From contig CP054595.1 in NCBI GenBank assembly GCA_013347225.1, forward strand, positions 1,916,415 to 1,980,414: a stretch of 64,000 bases of DNA, read 5' to 3'. The first letter of the stretch is position 1; every line of letters begins with the position of its first letter. This document shows, piece by piece, positions 39,591 to 49,063 of the stretch. Below the pieces are notes generated by a model, which saw only the letters and a list, made by a program, of their open reading frames with translations, made no database searches and had not been told where the DNA came from. Source of the DNA: Candidatus Accumulibacter similis. Lineage in GTDB: Bacteria; Pseudomonadota; Gammaproteobacteria; Burkholderiales; Rhodocyclaceae. A program made the position numbers and the translations under genes.

Positions 39591-40547
39591 TCAGGCGGGC
39601 GGCGGCATCCTGCCGGCACGGGCGATCGCCGTCCGCGCGGCGGCGAGGGTTTTCAGCCCGAGCAACGCCAGGCTGCCGCCGCAGATGCCGACGAGGGCGT
39701 CGAGCAGGGCCGGCGTCAGCCGCTTGAGTATGCCGCCGACCAGCGCGACTTCACCCACCAGCGCGGCTGCATGCTCGATCGCGTGATGCAGCTGCGCGAT
39801 GCCGTGCGTCAGGATGCCGCCGCCGACAAGGAACATCGCCGCCGTGCCGATCACCGTCAGTGCGCGCATCAGCCGCGGCGCTGCCAGCAGCAGGCCCTTG
39901 CCGATCGTCTGCGCCAGCACGCCAGGTCGCTTGAGCAGGTGCAAGCCGAGGTCGTCCAGTTTGACGATGCCGGCGACGATGCCGTAGACGCCGACGGTCA
40001 TCAGCAGTCCGATTCCCGACAGCACTGCGACCTGTGTGGCGAACGGCTGTTCGGCGACGGTGCCGAGGGCGATGACGACGATCTCGGCGGAGAGGACGAA
40101 GTCCGTACGTATGGCGCCCTTGATCCGGTCTGCCTCGACAACCTGCAGGTCGGTCTCGCCGTCGGCGAGCGCCGCCAGTTCGGCGGCGCGGGCATCGTCC
40201 TCCGACGCCTTGTGCAACCATTTGTGCGCCAGTTTCTCGACTCCTTCGAGACACAGGTACAGACCGCCCAGCATGAGCAGCGGCGTAACCGCCCACGGCA
40301 GGAAGCGGCTGATCGCCAGGGCGGCTGGCACCAGGATCAGCTTGTTCTTCAGGGAACCGACGGCAACTGCCCAGACCACCGGCAGTTCGCGCTCGGCACG
40401 TACTCCGGAAACCTGCTGCGCGTTCAGCGCCAGGTCGTCGCCGAGAACACCGGCGGTTTTCTTCGCTGCCACCTTGGTCATCAGGGCGACATCGTCGAGG
40501 ACGCTGGCAATGTCATCGATCAGGGCGAGCAGGCTGGCTCCGGCCAT
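39591..40547 (-). CDS. DUF808 (YedI-like) membrane protein
   Basis: AAKKTAGVLGDDLALNAQQVSG...RELPVVWAVAVGSLKNKLILVP is present. Confidence 0.85.
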   Translation of the reverse strand: MAGASLLALIDDIASVLDDVALMTKVAAKKTAGVLGDDLALNAQQVSGVRAERELPVVWAVAVGSLKNKLILVPAALAISRFLPWAVTPLLMLGGLYLCLEGVEKLAHKWLHKASEDDARAAELAALADGETDLQVVEADRIKGAIRTDFVLSAEIVVIALGTVAEQPFATQVAVLSGIGLLMTVGVYGIVAGIVKLDDLGLHLLKRPGVLAQTIGKGLLLAAPRLMRALTVIGTAAMFLVGGGILTHGIAQLHHAIEHAAALVGEVALVGGILKRLTPALLDALVGICGGSLALLGLKTLAAARTAIARAGRMPPPA

Positions 40548-40734
40548 GGGCGTTTCCGGTGTGGTTGGCTGGGCCGTTGCTCTGGCGGCAGCGGCGCTGG
40601 GCGAATTCTAGAGGATTTGCGATTGCCCGGGGTGCCCGCGGGCGGTGACTAGCGCCGCGGACGGACTTGGCGTTATGCTCGCGCTCCTTCGTCAACTGCA
40701 ACCGACAAACCCAACCAGAGAACTGGAGACAATC

Positions 40735-41886
40735 GTGCCCGCACTGCTGCCCCAACCCGATCCAGAGGGTCTGCTCGAATACTCGGTGGTCTATACCGAT
40801 CGCTCCCTGAACCACATGTCGCAGCGTTTCCAGGGGGTCATGCGCGATATCGCGCGGATCCTCAAGACGGTCTACAACGGCACGACCGCGGTCGTCGTGC
40901 CCGGCAGCGGAACCTTCGGCATGGAGGCCGTCGCGCGCCAGTTTGCCACCGGTCGCAAGTGCCTGATCATCCGCAATGGCTGGTTCAGCTTCCGCTGGAC
41001 GCAGATTCTCGACATCGGGCAGATTCCCTCGGCGAGCATCGTGCTCAAGGCACGGCGCGTCGGCGAGGAAAGGCACGCGCCGTTCGTTCCGCCGCCGATC
41101 GATGAGGTCGTCGCGCGCATTCTGGAAGAGAAGCCGGACCTCGTCTTCGCGCCGCATGTCGAAACCGCGTCGGGAATGATCCTTCCGGGCGACTACCTGC
41201 GCGCGGTCGGCGAGGCGGTGCGCGCCGTCGACGGCCTGTTCGTGCTTGATTGCGTGGCTTCCGGTGCGATCTGGGTTGACATGGTCGCGCACCACGTCGA
41301 CATCCTGATCAGCGCGCCGCAAAAGGGCTGGAGCGGCATCCCCTGCTGTGCCCTGGTCGTGCTCGGCGAGCGCGCGCGCGCGCGCATCGACGCCACGAGC
41401 AGCAGCAGCTTCGCCTGTGACCTGAAGAAGTGGATGCAGATCATGGAGACCTACGAGAATGGTGGCCACGCCTACCACGCCACGATGCCGACGGACGCTC
41501 TGGCGGCGCTGCGCGACGTCATGCGCGAGACGGAGAACTACGGTTTCGAGCGCGTCCGCCAGGAGCAACAGGAGGTCGGCCTGCGGGTTCGCGCGCTGCT
41601 TGCCGGCAAGGGGTTCGCGAGCGTTGCCGCCGAGGGCTTCCAGGCGCCTGGTGTCGTCGTCAGCTACGCCGACGATCCCGAGATCCAGTCCGGCCGCCGC
41701 TTTGCGGCCATCGGTCTGCAGATTGCGGCCGGCGTGCCGCTGCAGTGCGACGAGCCGGCCGATTTCAGCACTTTCCGCATCGGCCTCTTCGGGCTTGAGA
41801 AGCTGCACAACCCCGACCGCACGGTACGCAATCTTGCCGATGCCCTCGAACTGCTGACTCGTCCGGAACCGACAGCGGTGGCCTGA
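40735..41886 (+). CDS. class V aminotransferase (alanine-glyoxylate/serine-pyruvate type)
   Basis: The start is GTG after GGAGAC. VVVPGSGTFGMEA and the PLP-Lys region ISAPQKGW are present. Confidence 0.8.
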   Translation: MPALLPQPDPEGLLEYSVVYTDRSLNHMSQRFQGVMRDIARILKTVYNGTTAVVVPGSGTFGMEAVARQFATGRKCLIIRNGWFSFRWTQILDIGQIPSASIVLKARRVGEERHAPFVPPPIDEVVARILEEKPDLVFAPHVETASGMILPGDYLRAVGEAVRAVDGLFVLDCVASGAIWVDMVAHHVDILISAPQKGWSGIPCCALVVLGERARARIDATSSSSFACDLKKWMQIMETYENGGHAYHATMPTDALAALRDVMRETENYGFERVRQEQQEVGLRVRALLAGKGFASVAAEGFQAPGVVVSYADDPEIQSGRRFAAIGLQIAAGVPLQCDEPADFSTFRIGLFGLEKLHNPDRTVRNLADALELLTRPEPTAVA

Positions 41887-41920
41887 CGGTCGACCGACAG
41901 AGGTCGCTGTCGGTCGACCG
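41887..41920. terminator. perfect 14-bp inverted repeat between convergent genes (possible bidirectional terminator)
   Basis: CGGTCGACCGACAG-aggtcg-CTGTCGGTCGACCG begins 1 nt after the aminotransferase stop and ends 3 nt before the stop of the opposite ORF. It has no U-tract. Confidence 0.45.
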
Positions 41921-41923
41921 TGC

Positions 41924-42166
41924 TCAGCGTGCAGCGAGCGGCAGCTTGATGCGCTGCAATCCGTGGCGCACTCGTTCCGCCAGGCGGATGGCTTCCGGAT
42001 CATCGTACGGCCTGTGTGCCGTCCATTCGCAGAAGGATGCCATCAGCGCCGCTCGTTCGACAGAGAAGCGGGACGCCTCCAGTCCTTGCTCGATGATCGG
42101 GATGAGCGCGGCTGCGGCACGCAGGCGGTTGATTTCAGGTGTGGCGGGCGGAATCTGTCTGGACAT
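41924..42166 (-). CDS. hypothetical 80-aa protein
   Basis: It has coding-like composition and is predicted helical. I recognise no family. It is divergent from the STAND gene. Confidence 0.5.
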   Translation of the reverse strand: MSRQIPPATPEINRLRAAAALIPIIEQGLEASRFSVERAALMASFCEWTAHRPYDDPEAIRLAERVRHGLQRIKLPLAAR

Positions 42167-42316
42167 GCAGCGATTCTAGCGACGGCCTGCCGGCGCAGCG
42201 AAGGACATTTTCCACATTCCCCGCGCGGGCAGCTTCGGGAGGGTGCGTACCGTGGCGGCGATTGGCGTCCGCCGGGGCTGGCCAGCCGTGGCCGACCTCC
42301 GTAGAATGGTGCCGGA

Positions 42317-44686
42317 GTGTTCGAGCAGCAGGTGAAATGGGATGAGCGGGCAGCAGGGGATCGAATCGCAGCCTGGCCAGCGGGCGCTGCGATGAGCGCC
42401 GAGCGGGAGACGCGGGGCGGGGTGGCCGGCGGGGGCCCTGCCGTCAGTGGCGGGCCTGCGGCGGATGGCGTCGTCAATCCCTATCCGGGTCTGGCCGCTT
42501 TCAGGCCCGAGGGGCACCGCTTCTTTTTCGGTCGCGAGCGCGACACGGAGCGCGTGCTCGAGCGGCTGGCTGCGAGCCGTCTGGTCAGTATCGTCGGCAG
42601 CTCGGGTGCGGGCAAGTCTTCCCTGGTTGCCGCCGGTGTCGTCGCCAGGCTGGCCGAGCGGCCAGGTGGTCTCGCTTACCTGCCATGCGAGCCGCAGTCG
42701 AACCCGTGCCGGCAACTGGCGGAACTGCTCGTGCGCTCGGGGCCACTGGCGGCTCGCGTCGAGTTGCGGGCCGCGCTGCTCGAGCACGAACTGGCGGACG
42801 CCAATGAGGAGCCTCTGGAGCGGGCGATCACGGTGGCGTTGCGGCAGATGCCGCAGCCGGCTCTGTTGCTGCTCGACCAGTTCGAGCAAGTGTTTACCTG
42901 CACCCCGCCGGCGAGTGCACGTCGTCTTCGCGTTCTGCTCGATTCGCTGCTGGCCATTGACACCCTGCACATCGTGCTGACCCTGCGCAGCGAGTTCACG
43001 GCGCGCCTGCTGGACTGGCTTGGCGAGGACCTTCTGCGTGCGTCGCTGCTGGTCCTCGGTCCGATCACCAGCGAGACGGCGCTGCGGGCGATCATCACTG
43101 GCCCGGCGGCCGCGCTGGGCGTGCCGGTGCAGCCGGATCTGCTGGCAGCACTGCTGCCGGCGGCAATCGCTGCCCGGGGAGCCCTGCCCCTGATCGCTCT
43201 GACCCTCGAGCGGCTCTACGAGCAGCGCGACGCTGAACAGGGACTGACGCTTGACGCCTATCAGCGAATCGGCGGCTTGGCGAGCGCCATCGGCAGTGTC
43301 GCCGCCGACATCGACAGACTGATCGAGGAGGACGGCGAGCTGGGCGCGGCGTGCCCGCGGCTGTTCGCCGAGCTGGCGACGGTGATCGACCAGGTGCCCA
43401 CCCGCCGCATCTTCGACGTCGCCGCGCTGGGTGACGATCCGCCACTGGCGCGCCTGGTCGAACTGCTGCGCCGGCGGGGTTTCGTCGTCGATGGCGATGA
43501 CCGCCACATCGAGCTGGCGCACGAGACGCTGCTCAGCCACTGGCCGCACCTGCGCCAGTGGTGTGCGCGCTATCGCGACAGCCTGGTGCTGCGGCGGCAG
43601 GTCAAGCAGGCCGCACGCGAATGGCGCCGGACCGCCGAGCAGAGCGACGGCGAGCAGGCCGCCGGCGGCAGCCTCGAGGGCAGCGCCGGGCGCTGGCGCT
43701 GGGAACAGCAGCGACCAGCCCTGCTGGCTCTGCACGAGCTTGCCCATCGTCCGCTGCCGCCAGCCGACGCCGACTTTCGTGATACCGGCATCGCCGTCTG
43801 GCGCGGACTCGCCGGTGGCATGGAGAAGTACCTGCACGCCTTCCTGCGGCCGGAACCGCTGATGCTCCTCGACGAGTTGGCGGTCGACGGCACGACGCAT
43901 GAGCGCCGTGAGGAAATCGGCCTGCGCCTGAACCAGATGGGCGATCCGCGGCGCGGTGTCGGCCTTGCCGCCGACGGTCTACCCGACATCGCCTGGGTCG
44001 ATGTCGCTGCCGGCGAGGTCGAGATCGAAAGGCTGGTGCAGCACCGCTTTGCGGTCGACCGCCTGAGCGTGGCGCGCTACCCGGTCACTTGGCAGCAGTA
44101 CGGCGCCTTCATCACGGCCGCCGACGGCTATCATGACCGGCGCTGGTGGCACCGGCTCGTGCAGCGCAAGCAGCCCGGCGAGGCGCGTTGGTCTGGCAAC
44201 AACCACCCGGCGATCAACGTCTGCTGGGCCGACGCGATCGCTTTCTGTCGCTGGCTCAACGCGCGCTGGTGCCTGGGGGGAGCGCTGGTGGTGCGCCTGC
44301 CGACCGAGTGGGAGTGGCAGTGGATTGCCCAGGGCGGTGCCAGTCACCACCGCTACCCGTGGGGCGACGACTGGCAGTCGGCGCGGGCGAACAGCCACGA
44401 GAGCGGTATCGGCCGTACCATAGCCGTCGGCATGTATCCGCTCGGTGCCGCGGCCGGCGGTGTCGACGATCTTGCCGGCAACGTTTGGGAATGGTGCCTG
44501 AACGAGTATGACGTGCCGAGCGACACGCAGGTCGGCGGCAATCGGCCACGCGCCCTGCGTGGCGGATCATGGCTCGATTTCCCGGGCGATCTGCGCTGCG
44601 GCAGGCGAGAGTCCTTCCCACCCGACGAACGCGACGGCGACATCGGCTTCCGGATCGTGCTGGCGCAACCGTTTGAGCCAGCCTAG
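42317..44686 (+). CDS. STAND-type P-loop NTPase fused to a C-terminal FGE/SUMF1-like (formylglycine-generating-enzyme fold) domain
   Basis: NPYPGLAAFRPEGHRFFFGRERD is followed by the Walker A IVGSSGAGKSSLV and the Walker-B-like LLLLDQFEQ. Further on comes HETLLSHWPHLRQW. The C-terminus has ARYPVTW, NHPAINVCW, LPTEWEWQW, GNVWEWC and RALRGGSW. The start is uncertain: GTG at 42317 or ATG at 42392. Confidence 0.8.
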   Translation: MFEQQVKWDERAAGDRIAAWPAGAAMSAERETRGGVAGGGPAVSGGPAADGVVNPYPGLAAFRPEGHRFFFGRERDTERVLERLAASRLVSIVGSSGAGKSSLVAAGVVARLAERPGGLAYLPCEPQSNPCRQLAELLVRSGPLAARVELRAALLEHELADANEEPLERAITVALRQMPQPALLLLDQFEQVFTCTPPASARRLRVLLDSLLAIDTLHIVLTLRSEFTARLLDWLGEDLLRASLLVLGPITSETALRAIITGPAAALGVPVQPDLLAALLPAAIAARGALPLIALTLERLYEQRDAEQGLTLDAYQRIGGLASAIGSVAADIDRLIEEDGELGAACPRLFAELATVIDQVPTRRIFDVAALGDDPPLARLVELLRRRGFVVDGDDRHIELAHETLLSHWPHLRQWCARYRDSLVLRRQVKQAAREWRRTAEQSDGEQAAGGSLEGSAGRWRWEQQRPALLALHELAHRPLPPADADFRDTGIAVWRGLAGGMEKYLHAFLRPEPLMLLDELAVDGTTHERREEIGLRLNQMGDPRRGVGLAADGLPDIAWVDVAAGEVEIERLVQHRFAVDRLSVARYPVTWQQYGAFITAADGYHDRRWWHRLVQRKQPGEARWSGNNHPAINVCWADAIAFCRWLNARWCLGGALVVRLPTEWEWQWIAQGGASHHRYPWGDDWQSARANSHESGIGRTIAVGMYPLGAAAGGVDDLAGNVWEWCLNEYDVPSDTQVGGNRPRALRGGSWLDFPGDLRCGRRESFPPDERDGDIGFRIVLAQPFEPA

Positions 44687-44859
44687 CGCCGCTGACCGCG
44701 CTCGCCCGGCGGTCTCCGGCCTGTCGGTGGGCGATCGGCCGGTCGGGACGGCGGATGCGCGTCATCTCTCCGTCGTCGAGCGGCGAGCGGCAGGCAACGC
44801 CGGCCGGGCAGTCGAAAGGCACGCGCAGTCTGACCGCCGCCGCCGGTGGCTGGAGCATG

Positions 44860-45393
44860 TCAAGCGTCCGGCCGCTCCTGGCCAACCCAGATCAGACGAC
44901 TGGTGTCAAAGCCGAGATCGCTTGCCTGCTCGATCAGCCGCTGGCGGAGCGCCGGCGGCAACTCGCGCTCGCGCGACAGGATCCAGAGATACTCGCGGCT
45001 CGGGCCGACGACCAGCGACCAGCGGTAGTCACGCTCGTCGAGGGCGACGATGTGGTAGCCGCCGTAGAAGGGTCCGAAGAACGAGACCTTGAGCGAGCCG
45101 ACGCTGGCGTCGCCAAGCGGCAGCGCCCTGCCGATCGCCTCCTTCCAGCCGCGCTGCTCGGCGCTGTAGCCGCGATTGAGCACCTCGATACGGCCGTCGG
45201 GCAGCAGACGGTACTGTGCCGACACGTCGCTCAGGCCGCGTTCGAACGAATGGTCGAGGCGGGCGATCTCGTACCACTTGCCGAGGTAGCGATCGAGCTG
45301 GAAGTTGCTCACCGGCGCGATGCCGTCCGGGATGCCGGTGCAGCCGCCGAGCAGCAGCCCACAACAGAGAAGCAGGAGGCGCAGGAGGTGCAC
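44860..45393 (-). CDS. blc: outer-membrane lipocalin lipoprotein
   Basis: It has the lipobox LLLGGC and the lipocalin motif YLGKWYEIARLDHSFE. Confidence 0.9.
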   Translation of the reverse strand: MHLLRLLLLCCGLLLGGCTGIPDGIAPVSNFQLDRYLGKWYEIARLDHSFERGLSDVSAQYRLLPDGRIEVLNRGYSAEQRGWKEAIGRALPLGDASVGSLKVSFFGPFYGGYHIVALDERDYRWSLVVGPSREYLWILSRERELPPALRQRLIEQASDLGFDTSRLIWVGQERPDA

Positions 45394-45538
45394 GATGTCG
45401 TCCCTGAAAGATGATGGCAGCCAGACAGCGGGTGCCGGCGATGGTTCAGGACGGTCATCGGCTGGCGGCGTTCGCCGGCCCCGGTCGACCGTGGGTCACG
45501 GCGGTTCCGCGCCGGCGGCGTGCTAGAATTCGCCCCCT

Positions 45539-45739
45539 ATGGAACTTCTGATCAACGGCGAAAGCCGCAGCTTTCCCGCGTCGCTGACGGTCGCCGAACT
45601 CGTCCTTGCACTCGCGCACGGTGGCAAGCGGATTGCTGTCGAGCGCAACGGGGAGATCGTTCCGCGCGGCCTGCATGCCGAAACAGCGCTTGCCGATGGC
45701 GACCGGATCGAGATCGTGGTGGCCGTCGGCGGCGGCTGA
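45539..45739 (+). CDS. thiS: sulfur carrier protein ThiS
   Basis: It is 66 aa and ends in VAVGGG. Confidence 0.9.
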   Translation: MELLINGESRSFPASLTVAELVLALAHGGKRIAVERNGEIVPRGLHAETALADGDRIEIVVAVGGG

Positions 45740-45763
45740 GTCTCATCAACAAGCGAAAGACCC

Positions 45764-46558
45764 ATGCACCCTTCACCCCACAGCCTGACGATCGCTGGCC
45801 GGACCTACCGCTCGCGTCTGCTCGTCGGTACCGGCAAGTACAAGGATTTTGCCGAGACGCGGGCAGCGATCGACGCCGCCGGCGCCGAGATCATCACCGT
45901 CGCCATCCGCCGCACCAACATCGGCCAGAATGCCGGTGAGCCGAACCTGCTCGACGTGCTGCCGCCGTCGCGTTTCACCATCCTGCCGAATACTGCCGGT
46001 TGCTACACGGCGGCTGATGCGGTGCGGACCCTGCGCCTCGCGCGCGAACTGCTCGATGGGCACGCGCTGTGCAAGCTCGAGGTCCTGGGTGATCCGGCGA
46101 GTCTCTTCCCGAACATGCCGGAGACGCTGCAGGCCGCACGGACGCTCGTCAGCGAGGGCTTCGAGGTGATGGTCTACTGTGCCGACGATCCGATCCAGGC
46201 GCGCATGCTCGAGGACATCGGTTGCGTCGCAGTGATGCCACTGGCGTCGTTGATCGGGTCCGGCATGGGGATCGTCAATCCCTGGAACCTGAGGCTGATC
46301 ATCGACAATGCGCAGGTTCCCGTGCTGGTCGATGCCGGCGTCGGTACCGCATCGGATGCGGCGATCGCCATGGAACTCGGCTGTGACGGCGTGCTGATGA
46401 ACACCGCCATTGCCCATGCGCGTGACCCGGTGCTGATGGCGAGTGCCATGAAGAAGGCGGTCGAGGCCGGGCGAGAGGCTTTCCTTGCCGGACGCATGGC
46501 CCGCAAGTACTACTCGGCGGATCCCTCGTCACCGACGACCGGGCTGATCGGCTCCTAG
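45764..46558 (+). CDS. thiG: thiazole synthase
   Basis: [17 protein letters not shown] and [13 protein letters not shown] are present. Confidence 0.95.
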   Translation: MHPSPHSLTIAGRTYRSRLLVGTGKYKDFAETRAAIDAAGAEIITVAIRRTNIGQNAGEPNLLDVLPPSRFTILPNTAGCYTAADAVRTLRLARELLDGHALCKLEVLGDPASLFPNMPETLQAARTLVSEGFEVMVYCADDPIQARMLEDIGCVAVMPLASLIGSGMGIVNPWNLRLIIDNAQVPVLVDAGVGTASDAAIAMELGCDGVLMNTAIAHARDPVLMASAMKKAVEAGREAFLAGRMARKYYSADPSSPTTGLIGS

Positions 46559-46560
46559 CC

Positions 46561-47304
46561 ATGGCTGGTGGCGAGACGGTGGGTCGCGCCGGCGGCGCGG
46601 CGCACATCCGCAGTTTCGTGCGGCGGCAGGGACGGCTGTCGAATGCCCAGCAGCGCTACCATGAGCAGATGATGACGCGCATCGGCGTTCCCTATCGTGC
46701 GACCGCGGTCGACCTTGACCTGCTGTTCGGGCGGCAGGCCGCCCGCATCCTCGAGATCGGCTTCGGCATGGGCGAAACCTCGGCGGCGATTGCCGCAGCG
46801 CATCCGGAAACCGACTATCTCGGCGTCGAGGTCCATACGCCGGGAGTCGGCAGCCTGTGCAAGCTGGTCGCCGAGATGGGGCTGACGAACCTGCGCATCG
46901 TCCAGCACGACGCGGTCGAGGTGCTGCGCGACATGCTTCCGCCGGCCTCGCTGGACGGGGCACACATCTTCTTCCCGGATCCCTGGCCGAAGACGCGCCA
47001 TCACAAGCGGCGTCTGCTGCAGCCGCCGTTCGTGGCGCTGCTCGTCAGTCGCCTGCGTCCCGGCGCCTACATCCACTGCGCCACCGATTGGGAGGACTAC
47101 GCGCAGCAGATGCTGGCCGTCCTGTCGGCCGAGAGCCTGCTGGAGAATACCGCTGCCGGTTTCGCGCCGCGTCCCGCCCATCGTCAACCGACCCGGTTCG
47201 AGGAGCGTGGCCTGCGTCTCGGGCATGGCGTGTGGGATCTGCTGTTCCGCCGGCGGCAGGATTCACTGCAGGCGGAAGATCACCGGCAGGATCAACTCGC
47301 GTGA
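46561..47304 (+). CDS. trmB: tRNA (guanine46-N7)-methyltransferase
   Basis: LEIGFGMGE and [16 protein letters not shown] are present. The 3' end overlaps the convergent TonB-like gene by 42 nt. Confidence 0.9.
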   Translation: MAGGETVGRAGGAAHIRSFVRRQGRLSNAQQRYHEQMMTRIGVPYRATAVDLDLLFGRQAARILEIGFGMGETSAAIAAAHPETDYLGVEVHTPGVGSLCKLVAEMGLTNLRIVQHDAVEVLRDMLPPASLDGAHIFFPDPWPKTRHHKRRLLQPPFVALLVSRLRPGAYIHCATDWEDYAQQMLAVLSAESLLENTAAGFAPRPAHRQPTRFEERGLRLGHGVWDLLFRRRQDSLQAEDHRQDQLA

Positions 47305-47784
47305 CTGCGCCCAGTTGGCCCGACCCATGGCGTACGCCGCCTTCACCGCCGCCTGGTCGAGGATGGCGTGGCCACTGCTGGCAGCAATCTGGACGTCGAC
47401 GATGCTGCCATCGTCGGCCAGCCGCAGGAGCACGCGGACCTCACCCTCGATGCCACGAGCGACGGCTTCGGGTGGATAGTAGAGGTGCTGCGAGAGTCTG
47501 CGTTGCGCTGCCTCGATCTGACGTCGGGCCACCGTCCTCGCCGTGGCCGCTGCCGCGGCCGTGGCCGGCCGCGGTGGTGGCGTGGCTGCCGTCGGCGACG
47601 GCTCGCTGGACAGCGTGTTCTTCAGCAGCGGCTCGTCGCTGGCGGGTCCCGCCCGGGTGAGCGGCGGCAGCCAAGCCTGCAGCCGCGGTGTCGGCGGTGG
47701 CCTGAATTCGACGACGTTCCACCACAGCACGGCGGCGTGCAGGAGGAGCGAGATGGCAAGGGCGGCAAGCAGCTGAAACGACAT
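47263..47784 (-). CDS. TonB C-terminal-domain protein (N-terminal anchor, Pro-rich linker)
   Basis: The TM segment is [22 protein letters not shown], followed by a Pro/Ala linker. The C-terminal domain has [27 protein letters not shown]. Confidence 0.7.
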   Translation of the reverse strand: MSFQLLAALAISLLLHAAVLWWNVVEFRPPPTPRLQAWLPPLTRAGPASDEPLLKNTLSSEPSPTAATPPPRPATAAAAATARTVARRQIEAAQRRLSQHLYYPPEAVARGIEGEVRVLLRLADDGSIVDVQIAASSGHAILDQAAVKAAYAMGRANWAQSRELILPVIFRLQ

Positions 47785-47873
47785 GAGCCTGACATTGTGA
47801 ACCAAAATTGCCGCTGGCGACACCGCGAGATGCGGCTGCCTGGCGTGATCGAGATCGAGTGGAGGAATGGAAC

Positions 47874-49025
47874 GTGCGTGAGCTCATCGGCAGGCCGGGT
47901 GCCTGTCTGCTGCTGATTTGCTGCCTGCTGGCTGCACCGGTCGCGGCGCAGGTGCCGACACCCGATCCGGTCAGCTTCGAGTTTGCGGTCGAGCGGGGCG
48001 ACCTGCGGACGGTCCGGCGCTGGCTTGAGCAGGGACTGAATCCCGAATACGAGGCGGCGCACATCGGTACCGGACTGATGGTTGCTGCCTGGTACGGCAA
48101 CATCGAGATGATGGCGCTGTTCGTCGAGCGCGGCGCCGATGTGCGGCGCGTCAATCGTCATGGTGAGCAGCCGTTGCAACTGGCGGCGTGGGGCGGCCAT
48201 CTCGACGCGGTGCAGTGGCTGCTCGACCGTGGCGCTCCGCTCGATCGCCAGGGGAACCAGTGGAGCGCGCTGCACTATGCCGTGTTCAACGGCCATGGCA
48301 AGGTCGTCCGGGACCTCATGTCGCGGGGTGCGAACATCAACGCGCGGGCCCCGAACGGGGCGACGCCGCTGATGATGGCAGCGCGCGAAGGCCACCTCGA
48401 CCTGGCGCGGGAACTGCTCGAAGCAGGGGCCAACGCGAGCCTGCAGAGCGACTGGGGCGACAACGCACTGACGATGGCGATGCGCTACAACCACCTGCGG
48501 CTGGCGAAGATGATTGCCTCGCCGGAGGAGTTCGCCGTGGCGGTCAAGGCGCCACCCGAGAGCTTTGGCGAGGCCAGCCGTTCGGCGGCGCTGCCGCCGA
48601 CGGTCGAAGCGATCATGCGCGAGATCAGGGCGGCCGAAGCCGAGGGGCGGCCGAGCGAGGAACTGCACGCGCGGTTGCGGGCCGCGGTAAGCGAGCTGCG
48701 GCGAGCCAGTCCGCAGCCGCTGGTGCAGCGGCCGATGCCACGCCCCTACCAGCCGCGTTCGATGGTCATCACGGCGCGGCGTTCGCAGCCGGCCGCAGAA
48801 CGCGTCCAGGTGGTGGTCGATGGTGCGCCGGCCGCAGCGGCGAGCACGTCGCCTGCGGTCGGCGGGAGGCTGGCAGGCGGGGCTGCGGTCGCGCGCGAGC
48901 GCAGCCTGGCGGCGGCCCGGGTTGCCGATCTGTCGCGGCAGATCCGCCTGCGCGAGGTGCAGGGATTGCCGGTCGACGAGCTGCAACAGCAACTGCAGCA
49001 GGCGGTCGAGGCGATGAAGCCGTAG
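47874..49025 (+). CDS. secreted ankyrin-repeat protein with long Ala/Arg-rich C-terminal region
   Basis: The start is GTG after GGAGGA. The signal peptide is ACLLLICCLLAAPVAAQ. About five ANK repeats are present (for example GEQPLQLAAWGGH and GATPLMMAAREGH). Confidence 0.75.
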   Translation: MRELIGRPGACLLLICCLLAAPVAAQVPTPDPVSFEFAVERGDLRTVRRWLEQGLNPEYEAAHIGTGLMVAAWYGNIEMMALFVERGADVRRVNRHGEQPLQLAAWGGHLDAVQWLLDRGAPLDRQGNQWSALHYAVFNGHGKVVRDLMSRGANINARAPNGATPLMMAAREGHLDLARELLEAGANASLQSDWGDNALTMAMRYNHLRLAKMIASPEEFAVAVKAPPESFGEASRSAALPPTVEAIMREIRAAEAEGRPSEELHARLRAAVSELRRASPQPLVQRPMPRPYQPRSMVITARRSQPAAERVQVVVDGAPAAAASTSPAVGGRLAGGAAVARERSLAAARVADLSRQIRLREVQGLPVDELQQQLQQAVEAMKP

Positions 49026-49063
49026 CCGCTCCGGTCCTTCGCTGCGCCGGCGGGCGGCGATGA

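Noticed and set aside
42176-43900. 574-aa minus-strand ORF
   Set aside because: It is antisense to the STAND NTPase gene, whose frame carries Walker motifs. It is a shadow ORF.
45394-45538. Possible TPP riboswitch upstream of thiS-thiG
   Set aside because: I looked for the conserved CUGAGA and ACCUGA...GGA core elements and found neither. An Rfam scan would be needed for a definitive answer.
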